DNA from: Eledone cirrhosa
Lineage: Eukaryota
Assembly (NCBI GenBank): GCA_964016885.1
Contig: OZ024742.1
Span: forward strand, 13,454,001 to 13,518,000
Direction of reading: 5' to 3'
Length of the DNA: 64,000 nucleotides
Under the pieces are notes generated by a model. That model was given only the letters and a program-made list of their open reading frames with translations. It did no database searches and was not told the DNA's origin. Below are positions 1 to 13,087 of this stretch, piece after piece; within the stretch, counting starts at the first letter, position 1; each line of letters starts with the position of its first letter. Position numbers and translations under genes: made by a program.

Positions 1-904
1 TTACCATGGAACCCAGTAGAACCTGAGAATAGTCGGTAACGAATCAGTCTCCATCACCAGACTCTGGTTTGGCGAGGAGGGAACTCGGTTCCTGGTATCC
101 CCAGCAACACAAAAAGCAAGTGGTGTAAAAAGAGCGAATGAATTCCTCAAGATCAACGGCCATCCGCCCTACGGCGAACAACCCCACTCTTCCACCTGGC
201 CCTAGTCTGGTGTGGAAGGTAAATGACACCCAAGCAGCACAAAAAGTAAGAACTGCTGTTATAAGTGTGGATGAATCAAAGACCATCCACCCCAACTGTC
301 GGTTAACACACTAACCCGCAATTCTCAAGCGTGGCGTGATAAGTACAGCTTCACCCCTGAAGACAAGGCCAAAACCAAAAGTGGTAAAAGAAGTGGTTCC
401 TCCAACTGGAATAAGAAGGCTTTGGATTAGAAGTAAAGTCCCAAGACAAATGCTGCTAAACATTTTGTCCGACAATTTAATAATCCTCAGAATAACCGAC
501 GTTTACTAATATACCAATCAGAGCTTGGATTGAACCGTCATCGATTTCACCAACAATATTCCAATTGATCGATCAACAGAACAATTTAATCATGAAATTA
601 ACGTGTAAATGTCTGAACATTCCACAAACACGTGTACTCTTAACATAGTTCTCGGGGGGAGAGGGCTTTTAGAGTGGAACAGTGTGTCACAGACCCTTAA
701 TATAGTAGTAGAGAGGATTTAGCGTGAAAGAATGGGTGACAAGCCTGGTCCTTTGAATTATAAGTACAGTCCATCCGACAGGCTTCCAAACACTCTCCGT
801 CTACCAATTTCTACACAGTGTGGTGACACAGTCATGACACGCCAATTCCTCTCAACGAAGGGGTCAACTATTATTTTCTGTTTAATTTGAACCTCTTAAC
901 ATTT

Positions 905-1228
905 CCTTGGTGGTGGTGATGATGATGATGATGATGATGATGACGAGAAGGAAGCGGAGGAGAGGATGATGAGGGGGAGGGGTGAGAAGGATGAGGATAA
1001 AGAGGAGGATGGGGTGTGTGGGGGTGGGGTGATGATGATGACGACGATGAATGCGATGATGATGATGATAATAATGATGCTGATATTATGATGATGATGA
1101 TTATGAGTATGATGATGTAATGATGATGATGATGTAATGATGATGATGATGATGATGATGAGGAGGAGGAGGAGGAGGAGGGGGAGCGGAGGAGGAGGAG
1201 GAGGATGACGACGACGACAAAAACGATG

Positions 1229-1260
<32 letters not shown>

Positions 1261-1270
1261 GATGGTGAAT
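905..1270. repeat. (GAT)n/(GAG)n trinucleotide low-complexity tract
   Basis: Directly visible GAT/GAG/GAC runs. The overlapping ORFs are poly-H/S/I artefacts. Confidence 0.95.
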
Positions 1271-1639
1271 CTCTTGAAATCTTTCACAAGGAGTAATTGA
1301 AGTAAAAAAAAAGCGATGACAACTAAAGTTGTTAAAGAATGAGGGTAGAATATATTGAGGAGGTTCTGTGAAAGAAGGCTTCAATGGTAGGACGGAACTG
1401 AAGGAGAAATAACAGATGGCAAATACCAATGTGGGAATATTTCCTGGCTTTTCTTATAAGGACGAAACAATTTCCAATTGTTGAAATGAAAAGACAGAGA
1501 AGAAAGAGGTAAAGAATACGCCATGTTGTTTTAGTTGCTTAGCCCCAAGTGAAACCTGGTCGAGGGTTTTAAGATTGAATTCATTCCAGCGTAAATAGCT
1601 CCTCATTTTTAGGAGTATTTAAGACGACATTCACTAAAG

Positions 1640-1655
1640 TCTCTCTCTCTCTTTT

Positions 1656-1730
<75 letters not shown>

Positions 1731-1790
1731 ATCGCACCCCTCCTCTCTCTTGCTCCCCTCTCTCTCTCTTCCCCCTCTCTCTCTTTTGTT
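1640..1790. repeat. (CT)n microsatellite
   Basis: Direct CT dinucleotide run. Confidence 0.95.
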
Positions 1791-3099
1791 AACTGCGTTG
1801 TTTTTACTGCTGTTTCTCTTGTTATGGTTGTTGTTGATGCTATTGATGTTGTTATTGATGATGAAGTTGATGACAACGACGACGATGATGATGCTGATAA
1901 TGGTGAAGATGATGGTGAAGGTGGTGCAGTTGCTACTGATGATGATTAGCATTACCCATTCTGTTTTATTTTCTTTCTTTTGTTGTTGCTGTTTTTAATA
2001 CAGATTTACATCATTCAAAATTTTAAGACATTGGTGTATGTTTTAAGGGGGATTTAACTACTATTTCTAGAATGCTAAATTATCTCACATACCGCTTCGT
2101 TCGGTTTAACAATCACTAGTGTTACTAACCTACATATATGAAGAAAATAGTAATGGAAAGATGACAACTATATGTTACAGTTGTGCCTGCTAAAACTGTC
2201 TTTTCAGGTATAGTGGAAATACAGTTCGATCGACAAAATCTCAGACCTCATTCGCTTAACAAGTGTGGTGAGACTCGTCAAATAGTACCCAGGAACCTAA
2301 TGGTAAGAGTGTTGAACTTGCACTTATAATATCGTGGGTATACTCAGATGCTACTGGCTAGATATAGTCGGGATCTCCTTAACAAACTTCCGTGGCTCTG
2401 GTATTGTAGATATGGATGGAGGATGGAAACTCCACTATCTAAATGTTGTGAGCCCCAGAAATAACTGTACAGGTGGGAGTGGGGATACTCACAAGCCCCT
2501 GGCTGTCAAGAAGGAGAATTATAATTCTCGTAAAATAGACTTTAGGTTTTAAAAACATCTACCATGTTGAATGTGATGTACACATTGACAAACTAGAAAT
2601 CACAGACAGCGTTTCTTTTGGTGTTGTTCTTTCCTGAGAGTTTGTATGTTAATAATTAAATAGTAATACAATTTCTTACGATTCTTTATGTCAAACGTGA
2701 TCAGCCTTAGCCAAAAATATTCTAAAATCGTGATCGATTAGATGTCAACATGTATGGAGTTTTTCTTCTCATTTTAAAAGTTTAATTAGAAAACTACTGT
2801 ACACGATTATATATTTTTAACATATAAGCATACTTTAGTAAGTAAAAGTCCAAAACAACAATATCGACACTATTTAAGTTTATAACGAGTCTTAGACTGT
2901 GGAATTAAAAAAGAAGTAGTTTTTATTACAAGGCAAAGAGGAAAATACTAAAAGAATGTTAGTATGTCATAGAAGCTGTTCTATAATTTATGTGTTGATA
3001 ATTACCTGAGTATGTTGGATAAGAATAAGAGTAACTTAATCCATGACACTAAAAAATAACGTGTTTATTTATGAGATAAATAATGGTTCCTGATATATG

Positions 3100-3310
3100 C
3101 ACAAGGCCAGCAATTTTGGAGAGAGGAAGTCTATTAAACAGACACCAGTGTGTTACTGGTACTCTATTTTACAGACCCCGTAATGATGAAAATAATAGCT
3201 AGCCTCGGTGGGATTTGAATCCAGAACGTAATCGGGCCGTAATTCTATGCCTCAAAAATGTTGTCCCACGCTGTATCGATACTGCCCAACCACGCCCAAC
3301 CACGCCCAAT
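3100..3310 (-). mobile_element. Degenerate copy of the abundant tRNA-like SINE family in this window
   Basis: Reverse complement matches the copies at 33308 and 42111 (GATTCAAATCCCACCGAGG B-box-like core, AGTACCAGT motif). Confidence 0.7.
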
Positions 3311-3574
3311 CACTGGCAATATATGAACAGATAAGTAATGGCAATACCATCTCCTAAGACGAGATCAACTCATTTGATGGAATGAATGATCAACCGTAAT
3401 TTTAAATAGTTGTTCTCAGTTAACGGAAGATCTCTGCATTGCCTAGAATTACAAGGATCTTTTGTGGTTGGATGAGAAAATGTTTCTTTAGATTCATTTG
3501 TCCCTAGTTGCGATCGTAGTCGCACTGATCAATCGCATTATCAGAACAAATATCAATCGAATCGACTGATAAGA

Positions 3575-3805
3575 TCCCAGACCTGGCTTACTGAGTGAGG
3601 TGGACCTCGTCAAATTAGACCAAGGAAACAATGTTACCATTGGAATTTCCGTTCCTGATACTATCTACCAGCCGCAACTCGTTGGCAGAAAGAGCAATGA
3701 GAAATTAAGTCTCTTACTCAAGGACATAACGCATCGCCTTGTCCGGGAATCGAGCTCACCGCTACATGAGTGCGACCCCAATTCCCTAACCACTAAGCCA
3801 CGATT
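3575..3805 (-). mobile_element. tRNA-derived SINE, second family
   Basis: Minus strand begins GTGGCTTAGTGGTTAGGG (A-box-like), then CTCGATTCCCGG (B-box-like), then a TGTCCTTGAGTAAGAGACTTAA core-like segment. Confidence 0.6.
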
Positions 3806-4164
3806 TTATAGATTTCCAATTAATCAATGTTATCTCTTAATTTCATTTTTCAATGAATTCTGTTTGAAACCACTGGTGTTAGTGGGCTTTTAATGGAATT
3901 GTTTTATCTGATTTTAGTTTAAAACCAATTGAGACAATGTAGAAACATGAAAGACCGTGTTTAGTTATACTAGTAATTGTACGAGGCAATTCAACAGATG
4001 TGGTCTCTTGTCACCACTAATTCTCTTTTATATTCATATGTGTGGCTTTACCGGCGGGCGTATATGGTGTGTAAAAATAATATCTGGTATGAGTCTAGAT
4101 TTATCAATGCATGTCACCTATTATCTGTGTCTGTGATGGTAGAGGACAGTAAGGACCACTGAGA

Positions 4165-4500
4165 ATGAGACTATAAGCCTTTTACTTAAACTGTTGCAGG
4201 TCGCTGAGAGCAGAAAATTATATTAAGTTATGGAATTCTGGAGATACACCGTTGGAACTAAAAATGATATGACGTATTGGTTGGTGTAGAATCTGGTTAT
4301 GGTGTCTGGTGAAAGGTTGAGACAAGTTTGCCGAGAATGAAGTGATACATGACAATTCAGTTCTAAATGAGACGAGGCAATATTTCATCGTAGAGTTTAT
4401 ACCTGAGATTTAGAGATGGAGAGATGGCCGAGACAGCAGTAGTTTCTGATAGAACAAATGGGTAAACTATGTAAATATTGCGAGCATTCTGGTGAAATAC
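4165..4500 (-). mobile_element. Highly decayed CR1/L2-group LINE 3' fragment
   Basis: Piecing frames together gives ...TNQYVISFLVPTVYLQNS...DLQQFK, resembling the C-terminal SF.PRT..LWNSLP...DLQ.FK motif. Confidence 0.35.
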
Positions 4501-5133
4501 ATTACAATAGTGCTAATATCATATAAATGGTGTAATGTTTGGTAACAGAATGGTAGCTTTTCATTATGAAGGTCCCCTTTATATATATTTAATGTCTCTA
4601 CATTCGCTACTTTAGTTAGAATATGAAGGTTAAGATTACTTGTACTATTTTACTAGCTTACTGAATACATGCATTAGACTGTGGTCATGCTAAAGAAGCG
4701 ATTTCACTGAATCGATCATACAACATCCTAGCGTTATGTTGTTATATCTCTCGATCATGTTGTCGGATCGCTAATGTATTGGAGACAAATAGGAAGGCCC
4801 ACAGAAATACACAACAGCACATATATACACACACATACACACATACGTACATGCTTACACATACATATGTACATACGTAAACACACATACATAAATATAT
4901 ATTTATATTAATATATAAATATATATACACATACACACACACAGACAACAACTCACAAACACACACACACACACCACATATATATATGTATATATATAAA
5001 ATAAATCATGCACAAAACGCCAGCACCAACAATTCTGCAAGAGATGTCAACATGAATGGATCTGTTATTTTCATATCAAGACATTTTTTCCAATTCCATA
5101 CCGCCCCTCCCCTCTATCTATCTTATTCCTCAT

Positions 5134-5169
5134 TCTTCTGATGAAGGACTAGCGCCCGAAACGTTAAGA
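5134..5169 (+). ncRNA. Minimal type I hammerhead ribozyme motif
   Basis: TCTT-CTGATGA-AGG(ACTAGCG)CCC-GAAACGTT-AAGA. Stem I is TCTT/AAGA; palindromic ACGT stem III (dimeric type); weak stem II. Confidence 0.55.
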
Positions 5170-5290
5170 CCCAATTCCTGCTATTTCAAGCGTTAACTTA
5201 ATATATCCCTTCCATATACTGTACCGATTGTGTTGTTATTTCTGTTTACCTTTTACATACAGTATATATATAAATATATATATATATATA

Positions 5291-6442
5291 GCGGCGATGA
5301 ATTAGTTTTGCGAGGTTTTTTATATGAAATCGTGTCGAAACAAATATTGTTATACTTGGGGAGGGTCATATTTGTGTAATATTGCCAAAATTAATAACAG
5401 AACACACTCACTGTTTGGTTGGTTTTCGTTTCTCGTTGTCTTTTATATCGGTAATCTAACTTACTCGGTCCTCAATGTTGCCATTGACTGACCAACAGTC
5501 AAAAATAATACAGATACAATATAGACACAAACACATATATATAGTTTATCATAAATCTTTCGTTGCACATCTGCAACACCTTCAGTGGTGTTATATTTTC
5601 CTCCTGTTGTGTTGTATGTCTACGCCATTTTTATTCAGTCTGTCTATATATATATTTATTTATTTGGTTGTTTGTTTATTTTATTTCGTCTTCTTTGCGC
5701 ATGCGTTTGCGTGTGTGTATAGTGTTATGTTTGCTGTGTGATGGGTGACTAGTGTGTGTTTATGTGCTTGTTGTTATTGTGCTTGTGTATGTATTTATTT
5801 ATTTATTTATCTTATTTTATTTACTTATTTATACTTCTCTTAGGTCAGTGTTGTTTGTTTTGGTGTTGTTGTTATTCCATTCATTCTTTCTGTTTAGACC
5901 AAAGCTAAACAGAAAGAATGAATGGAATAACAACAACACTCAAACAAACAACACTGACCTAAGAGAAGTATAAATAAGTAAATAAAATAAGATAAATAAA
6001 TAAATAAATACATACACAAGCACAATAACAACAAGCACATAAACACACACTAGTCACCCATCACACAGCAAACATAACACTATACACACATGCAAACGCA
6101 TGCGCAAAGAAGACGAAATAAAATAAACAAACAAGCAAATAAATAAATAAATACATAGACAGACTGAATAGAAATGGCGTAGACATACAACACAACAGGA
6201 GGAAAATATAACACCACTGAAGATGTTGCAGATGTGCAACGAAAGATTTATGATAAACTATATATATGTGTTTGTGTCTATATTGTATTTGTATTATTTT
6301 TGACCGTCGGTCAGTCAATGGCAACATTGAGGACCGAGTAAGTTAGATTACCGATATAAAAGACAACGAGAAACGAAAACCAACCAAACAGTGAGTGTGT
6401 TCTGTTATTAATTCTGGCAATATTACACAAATATGACCCTCC

Positions 6443-6445
<3 letters not shown>
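5291..6445. mobile_element. Head-to-head palindrome of Penelope-like element 3' ends
   Basis: Arms ~5358-5897 and ~5905-6444 are near-perfect reverse complements around a 7-nt spacer (ACCAAAG). The centre encodes PKLNRKNEWNNN, homologous to the GIY-YIG C-terminus PKLNRKHEWNSN at 6946-7215. (TA)n on both sides. Confidence 0.85.
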
Positions 6446-6477
<32 letters not shown>

Positions 6478-6478
<1 letters not shown>

Positions 6479-7345
6479 CGTTTCTGAATTTGTTTAGCAA
6501 GATTCTTTATCTGAAATCGTGTGTTGAAACCGATATTGTTATACTTTGGGAGGGTCATGTTGCCAATAAGAAACACACGCACCAGTTGCTTTTACTTCAA
6601 TTTATTATGAATTAAATTTATAAATTTAGGAATTTATAAATTTCCGGTTGGTTGGTTCCACAACCAGACGATTGTTCATATATTGTCAAAGTTCTTTCGT
6701 CACACAGTCTGTGACCTCTGTGACTGGGGATTCTTGTCTTTGTGTTTGTGCCTCTCCCTTGTTCTGTCCTACGCCATCTTGTTTTTGTGTGTGTTGTGTG
6801 CTTAGTTTGCGCATGTGTTACATCCGGGTGTCTGTGTGTGTTTATATTTGTTTATTTATTTGTTTATTTACATGTTACAGGTTTATTTACATGTTACATG
6901 TTACATGTTACATGTTACATGTGTGTGTGTGTTTTCATTTTGTCCTTAATTGTAAGTTGTGATGTTGCTATTCCATTCATGCTTTCTATTTAATTTTGGT
7001 TGGAGTTCATTTACGTTTATTGCCTCTGTGATTTGTCTAAACATTGCGTTTTTTCTGTGTGTAGATTCTATTATTATTTCTATGTCCTCTAATTTACCCT
7101 TATGTTCTATTTTAGCATGTTGGTATAGTACAGATGATTCTTTACTATCTTGAAGCTCTCGCCAGTGTTCATTTATCCGTTCCCCTACACTACGAGCTGT
7201 ATCACCTATGTACACTATATTCTTATCTCTATGCTATATACTACATTTCTAGTTTTACAGTTAATATGGGGGCTTAATTTACAGATTATACATTTCTTAT
7301 CTATACAGGGAGCTCTTTGAAAAGGGTATGTATTGCTAATAAGTG
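6478..7345 (-). mobile_element. Penelope-like element 3' fragment: GIY-YIG endonuclease plus 3' UTR
   Basis: ORF 6946-7215 reads YIGDTARSVGERINEH...RQITEAINVNELQPKLNRKHEW, preceded by Cys-rich sequence. The terminus at 6480-6560 is homologous to 5291-5370. Confidence 0.85.
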
Positions 7346-7654
7346 TTTTTATGTGTTTTTATGCTAATAAGTGTTTGTATGATATATATATATCAAAGGT
7401 ATATATTGAGTTAGAAACTCAAAATAGTCTCTTACAATAAAATAGCTCTAGGAAAGAGATTTTTCCGAGCCGTATATTATAACTGAATATAAAAGAAAAA
7501 CGAACACAGACATATACATATATGTGTTCAAATCGTAAGGGACCAGATTCGCTAAGGTGAAAAGAATACTAACTATAGACAATAGGGTTTCCCAGACTCA
7601 ATTTAAGAATAAATCAAGAAAGTAAATACAAACCGAAATTGTGGTAACTACCAA

Positions 7655-7733
7655 TCACCAGGACAGTTTGATAATGCTGTTTCGCAAAATTAATTGTGAA
7701 GAGGAATACCAATTCTTGCTCATCAGCGGGTGA
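7655..7733 (-). ncRNA. Type I hammerhead ribozyme (left member of an inverted pair)
   Basis: Minus strand: TCACCCG-CTGATGA-GCAAGA...TTTTGC-GAAAC-AG...CT-GTC-CTGGTGA. Intact core, three stems, GUC site. Confidence 0.8.
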
Positions 7734-7845
7734 AGAATTATTTGTATCCTGGTCACTTCTAAGTATATTAAAAAACTGAATAGTGTACGTATATATATAA
7801 TAGTGTGCGTATATATATAATAACGCATATTTTATCCGAACTTAG

Positions 7846-7916
7846 CGCTGATGGGCAAGAAATTGGTATTCCTCTTCACAATTAATTTTGCAAAACAGCA
7901 TTATCAAAGCTGTCCG

Positions 7917-7919
<3 letters not shown>
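7846..7919 (+). ncRNA. Degenerate inverted copy of the 7655-7733 hammerhead
   Basis: CTGATGG...TTTTGC-AAAAC-AGC...GCT-GTC-CGGGT with two core substitutions; abuts (TA)n. Confidence 0.65.
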
Positions 7920-8271
<352 letters not shown>

Positions 8272-8279
8272 GATGGAAT

Positions 8280-8430
8280 ACTTTCACACAATTTCCGCGT
8301 AACAAAATTTCTATGACAATGTATTGATCAACCCATGGCTATAGTGAAAGACACATGTTCAAAGTGTCAAGCAGTTGGATGGAACCCAAAGCCAGATGCT
8401 TGCAACTCAAACTACTTAACCACGCTCTTA
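8280..8430 (-). mobile_element. Degenerate SINE 5' part, third family
   Basis: Minus strand GCGTGGTTAAGTAGTTTG...TGGGTTCCATCCAACTGC...CACTTTGAACATGTGTCTTTCACTATAGCC is a tRNA-like head plus core. Confidence 0.55.
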
Positions 8431-9353
8431 TGCTTGGCAAGAAAAAAAAACCATCCTATATTATAATTTTACGGTTTCTTGGTTTGCAGTGAAAAATCAT
8501 CACTTACTTTTTCGAAATTGAAATCGGAAGGAAAGCTCGCACCTGCATTGTGGTATCATTACTTAATTGAGATTACAATGTTGTTTAAACATTATAATTC
8601 AACTGTAGACACATCTCTAAACATGTAATTATTCCAATATTTTCAATAATAACTGTTTAAATTACAAAAATGCGGAATACAAATTACTGTGATTATTTAT
8701 TTATTTATTTAATTATTTAATTACTATGTTAATTAATGTATTTATTGTTAATTTTGACACTAACTGCAGAAGCTGATTTGTTCCACTGTAAATTTCTTTA
8801 GTTTCGTGTCAAGATTTATTTCGTTACAAATAAGTAATTAAACTTGAACAAAATTTATCTTCCAAATGATCCAACAAAGGAGACTTTATGTGTTTGAGAA
8901 AACTGCTAAAAATAGTAGCAAAGTTACAGACTGTGGCGCATATATATTCACTCACATATACACAAACACTATTATACGCACATATACTCTCATATATACA
9001 CTCTCATATATACACTCACACACACACATATATATATACCCACACACACATATATACTCTCTCTCTCTCTCTCACACAGACACACACATATATATATATA
9101 TACATACATATGCACACCCACATACCTATACATACACACATATACATATATAAACATATATATATATATATACTCGATGGCTTGAGTCATTGTTTTCAGG
9201 AGTTGATGTCCGTTATTCTTTTTATAGATATGAGTTCTGAGTTGAAATCTCACCGAGATTATCTTTGTCTTTCATTGTTATGGAGTCGATAGGTAAACAC
9301 TCTACAATAAGTGTCTGAATATGAGAGGGGAATATGTTGAATAAAATCATAAT

Positions 9354-9620
9354 TAACTGATCCTCCTGTATTTTAACTGATCCTATTGTATTTTAACTGA
9401 TCCTATTGTATTTTCTTTTAACTGATCCTCCTGTATTTTAACTGATCCTATTGTATTTTCTTTTAACTGATCCTCCTGTATTTTAACTGATCCTATTGTA
9501 TTTTCTTTTAACTGATCCTCCTGTATTTTAACTGATCCTATTGTATTTTCTTTTAACTGATCCTCCTGTATTTTAACTGATCCTATTGTATTTTCTTTTA
9601 ACTGTTCCTCCTGTATTTTC
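9354..9620. repeat. Minisatellite of alternating 20/25-bp units (TTTTAACTGATCCTCCTGTA / TTTTAACTGATCCTATTGTATTTTC)
   Basis: Direct tandem repeat, about 12 units. Confidence 0.92.
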
Positions 9621-9877
9621 TTATACCGAAAGCCAGGAACTCATAATACAAACATCCATCCATCCATACAAACATACATACATACATCCATCCATGCATA
9701 CATACATACATGCATACATTCATACATACATACATACATACATACATACATACATACATACATACATACATACATACATACATACATACATAATGTTGTG
9801 AAATTATAAAACCAGAAGAACATACATATATAAATACATACATACATACATACATATATAAATACATACATCATACA

Positions 9878-10486
9878 TGGTGGCTGCCAACTCGTTTTCG
9901 AGTACGGCCACTACTTCATATCCATGTAGGAGAACCTCTACCGATGCGCTGAATGACTGACTTTTTAGTCCAGCCAGCGACTTGAAAACTCTGGTACAAA
10001 CACTACACTTGTGACAATTATTGACACATAGTGCTAGGCCCATGGTACCATGTGACGACAAGTGCAGAGAGATCTCCAGATATAAAGCAATGCCTGTGCC
10101 GTGAAGCTTTTATAGTGAGCAAAGGCACTGCACAAAGCCAGTCCCACTCTCTTAACCAAGATGATATTTACCAAAAAGAAGAACAAGTCAACATCATTGG
10201 ATACCATCAGGGTTGCAGGTGTTATATCAGAGTTTTCCTTCTCCTAGAATTCTGCCTTGACAAAGGCTAAGGGGTCATCTCTCCCGGTGATTCTGGATGG
10301 CCATTGACTCTTAAGAGCTGTTTGCCCTTTGACAGGTTTTGTTTTTAGTCCTGCAGGATGCCCAAAGTCACCCTCCTCACCAAGAAACCTTGGTGGGGTT
10401 GCCAGTTTAGTCGCCAACGACCCGACCATGAGACAGGTTGTACTGGGATACATGTTACCAGTAGCACCAAGTGGTGACCTGACCAT
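9878..10486 (-). mobile_element. Short non-autonomous RTE-derived element (5' UTR joined to extreme 3' end) inside (CATA)n
   Basis: 10200-10486 resembles RTE-BovB-type 5' UTRs. 9950-10030 encodes CSVCTRVFKSLAGLKS (C-terminal zinc-finger remnant). Ends in a TATG-type tail; no RT or endonuclease in between. Confidence 0.6.
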
Positions 10487-11095
10487 ACATCATACATACA
10501 TATATAAATACATACATCATACATACGGAGATACAAACATTCATACATAATTATTTATTCTAAATTACGTTCTGGGTTCAAATCCTACGACATCAACGTT
10601 CATTTATCTCCTTTAACCCCCCTAAAAGTAATACAGGCAATCTTACTTGACGTAATAAATGTTATGTTGTCGAAACCAAACACGACAACAGTTCGAGAAA
10701 ACGTTAATTTAACATTGATTAGAAAAGGAAAACTTGTTTCATCAAGAAGGCTAACGACCTCTTGGAAGGTGTTGTTCGATTCTGAAATCAATCGATTAAT
10801 TAGAAATATATTAGAAGGTATCACAGGGAAGTATAGGAAATAAGATCACCCGGTTTCAATCTAGCAGGCTTAGTTTCAAACATTATCTTTCAGAATACTC
10901 ATTCGACCATATAGAATATAGATTCTGCGAATGATATTCGTTTCATTGAAATTGCTTTATGGTCATTGCACTTTGAACTGGTGATGACTGCCTGGTTATA
11001 TGTAGATCGAGCATGAATGTATGTAGAACCTTGTGTTGATATACGATGTCAACATAGGTGAGGACGATTAACATACCTGCACCCACATACATACA

Positions 11096-11169
<74 letters not shown>

Positions 11170-11839
11170 TATTTATATATACACAGGGTGATGAAAAAGA
11201 AACGTACCACCCTAATCACCAGGAAAACCGTTAATATAAGAGAGGGTGATAATATTATGGCATGGTGTATACATATTACGCGACCCTGTATATATATATA
11301 TATATATAGCAAGAGAGAGAGATAGAGAGAGAAAGGTGGAGAGAGAGACAGTGAGAAAGATTGAGAGAGAGAGAAAGATAGAGGGAGGGAGGGAGGGAGG
11401 GAGGAAAGAGAAATATGGGGGGGGGGTATAGCTACAATTTCAGACATGAATGATGATTAATATGTTTCTTAATTTTCTAATTTCTTTTAGTTATTATATC
11501 TAAGGTCATGTTGGATCAATGCCTCGAGTCCCCCTCCTCACTCTATATTTCTCTCCCTCTCTCTGTCTGTCTATCTATCTCTCTCTCTGTCTCCCCCTCT
11601 CTCTTTCCCCCCTCTCTCTCTATTTCTCCCCCTCTCTCTCTCTACATAAAGTTACAGGACGAGAAGTTATCTGTGAGAATATTTAAATATTGTAGCTCAA
11701 TATATATACATATACATATGTACATACATAGATACTGTTGTTTAAAATTATACATACATAGATACTTGAATGTATGTGTGAGTGTGTGTGTATATGAATA
11801 TATATGTATGTATATTTGTATGTGTGTACGTGTATATAA

Positions 11840-11873
<34 letters not shown>

Positions 11874-11874
<1 letters not shown>

Positions 11875-12219
11875 AATATGTAGTTTAGAAAGCCACAACA
11901 ATGCAGATGGGAAATCTCGAGGTAGGAAGTGAGTGAGAAATAGGAGAAAAGTGAAAATTGAGAGAAACGAAAATGAAAACAAAACAAAGGTAGAAGGGTT
12001 ACCGTAGTGGTGATTTAATCCCAATATTTCGGGCTTACGCCCATCAACGGGGTAAAGTTCCAAAAGGGGGGGGGGGGGAGGGGGAGCAGGCTAAGCCGGA
12101 GAAAGTTGTATTGTCGTTAAAACATAGGAATGCCGTTTCACTTTTCTCCTATTTCTCACTCATTTCCTACCTCGAGATTTCCCATCTGCATTGTTGTGGC
12201 TTTCTAAACTACATATTTT
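11874..12219. repeat. ~83-bp inverted repeat pair with ~180-bp spacer between TA tracts
   Basis: 11874-11956 is the reverse complement of 12136-12219. Confidence 0.9.
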
Positions 12220-12494
12220 ACACATTTCACAATGCTTCAAGCAAACTTTAACACCCTCATATATATATATATATATATATACATATGGAATGTACCTGAG
12301 CCTGTGTTTCTGCGCGTGTGCTTGCAACGATGTGCGTTGACATACACACATATGTACTTTATCCCGAAACAGGAACTGTAGTCCTTTGCATTTCAGGATT
12401 TTGACACTCAGGTTTTTGGTGTTTTACACTCCACTTTTATCTCATTGGCTCTTAAAACGCACAACTCGATGATAATATAAAAATTGTAATTCTT

Positions 12495-12575
<81 letters not shown>

Positions 12576-12819
12576 TTTACATGTATATATATAAACATTT
12601 TGAGTATATATTGGTTGACTTTTGACTGGGGAATGTTCTCACAACTGACCAATGGGAGGAGAGAGTGTCCTATGACGCCGAAATTCGTTTGTTCGGATTC
12701 ATATGATTCCAGTTCCTTGGAGAAATAACAACCCAACCAGGAACTGGACATATCGGTGTATTGACGGAGTAAAACACTTCAACAACATGTGTACCTATCT
12801 CCACCACACCAATTCGGAA

Positions 12820-12870
12820 TGCCTGAAGAGGTCACAGCCAATGATGGCTGTCACCGAAATATATATAGCA
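12820..12870 (+). ncRNA. Type I hammerhead ribozyme, minimal stem III
   Basis: TGC-CTGAAGA-GGTCACAGCCA(ATGA)TGGCTGTCACC-GAAATATATATA-GCA. 11-bp stem II with one mismatch, palindromic AT stem III, 3-bp stem I. Lies in a ~360-bp island between two (TA)n runs, followed by AATAAA. Confidence 0.75.
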
Positions 12871-12926
12871 GTACATCTTTAATAAACGAAGCCAAATTTT
12901 AAATACTTGACTTAATTATTTTATTT

Positions 12927-12969
<43 letters not shown>

Positions 12970-12993
12970 TAGATACATATAGGAATCAGTAAG

Positions 12994-13087
12994 ACCCCGA
13001 CAGCTGAGCTCAAGCCGTTTCGACGGCTAATTCTGGACTAAATGAAAATTTATCCTGGTATTTAAATAGCCGATCTTCTCAAGGGGT
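12994..13087 (-). ncRNA. Hammerhead ribozyme, U3-A8 core variant (left arm)
   Basis: Reverse complement of 15218-15311. Confidence 0.75.

Noticed and set aside
1-360. GC-richer segment resembling a LINE 5' UTR on the minus strand
   Set aside because: Truncated by the window edge, with no diagnostic motif to assign a family.
5291-5356. Possible hammerhead at the termini of the 5.3-7.3 kb PLE family (GAAAC...ATT-GTT-ATAC)
   Set aside because: No CUGANGA core at a workable position, and it would be antisense to the ORF.
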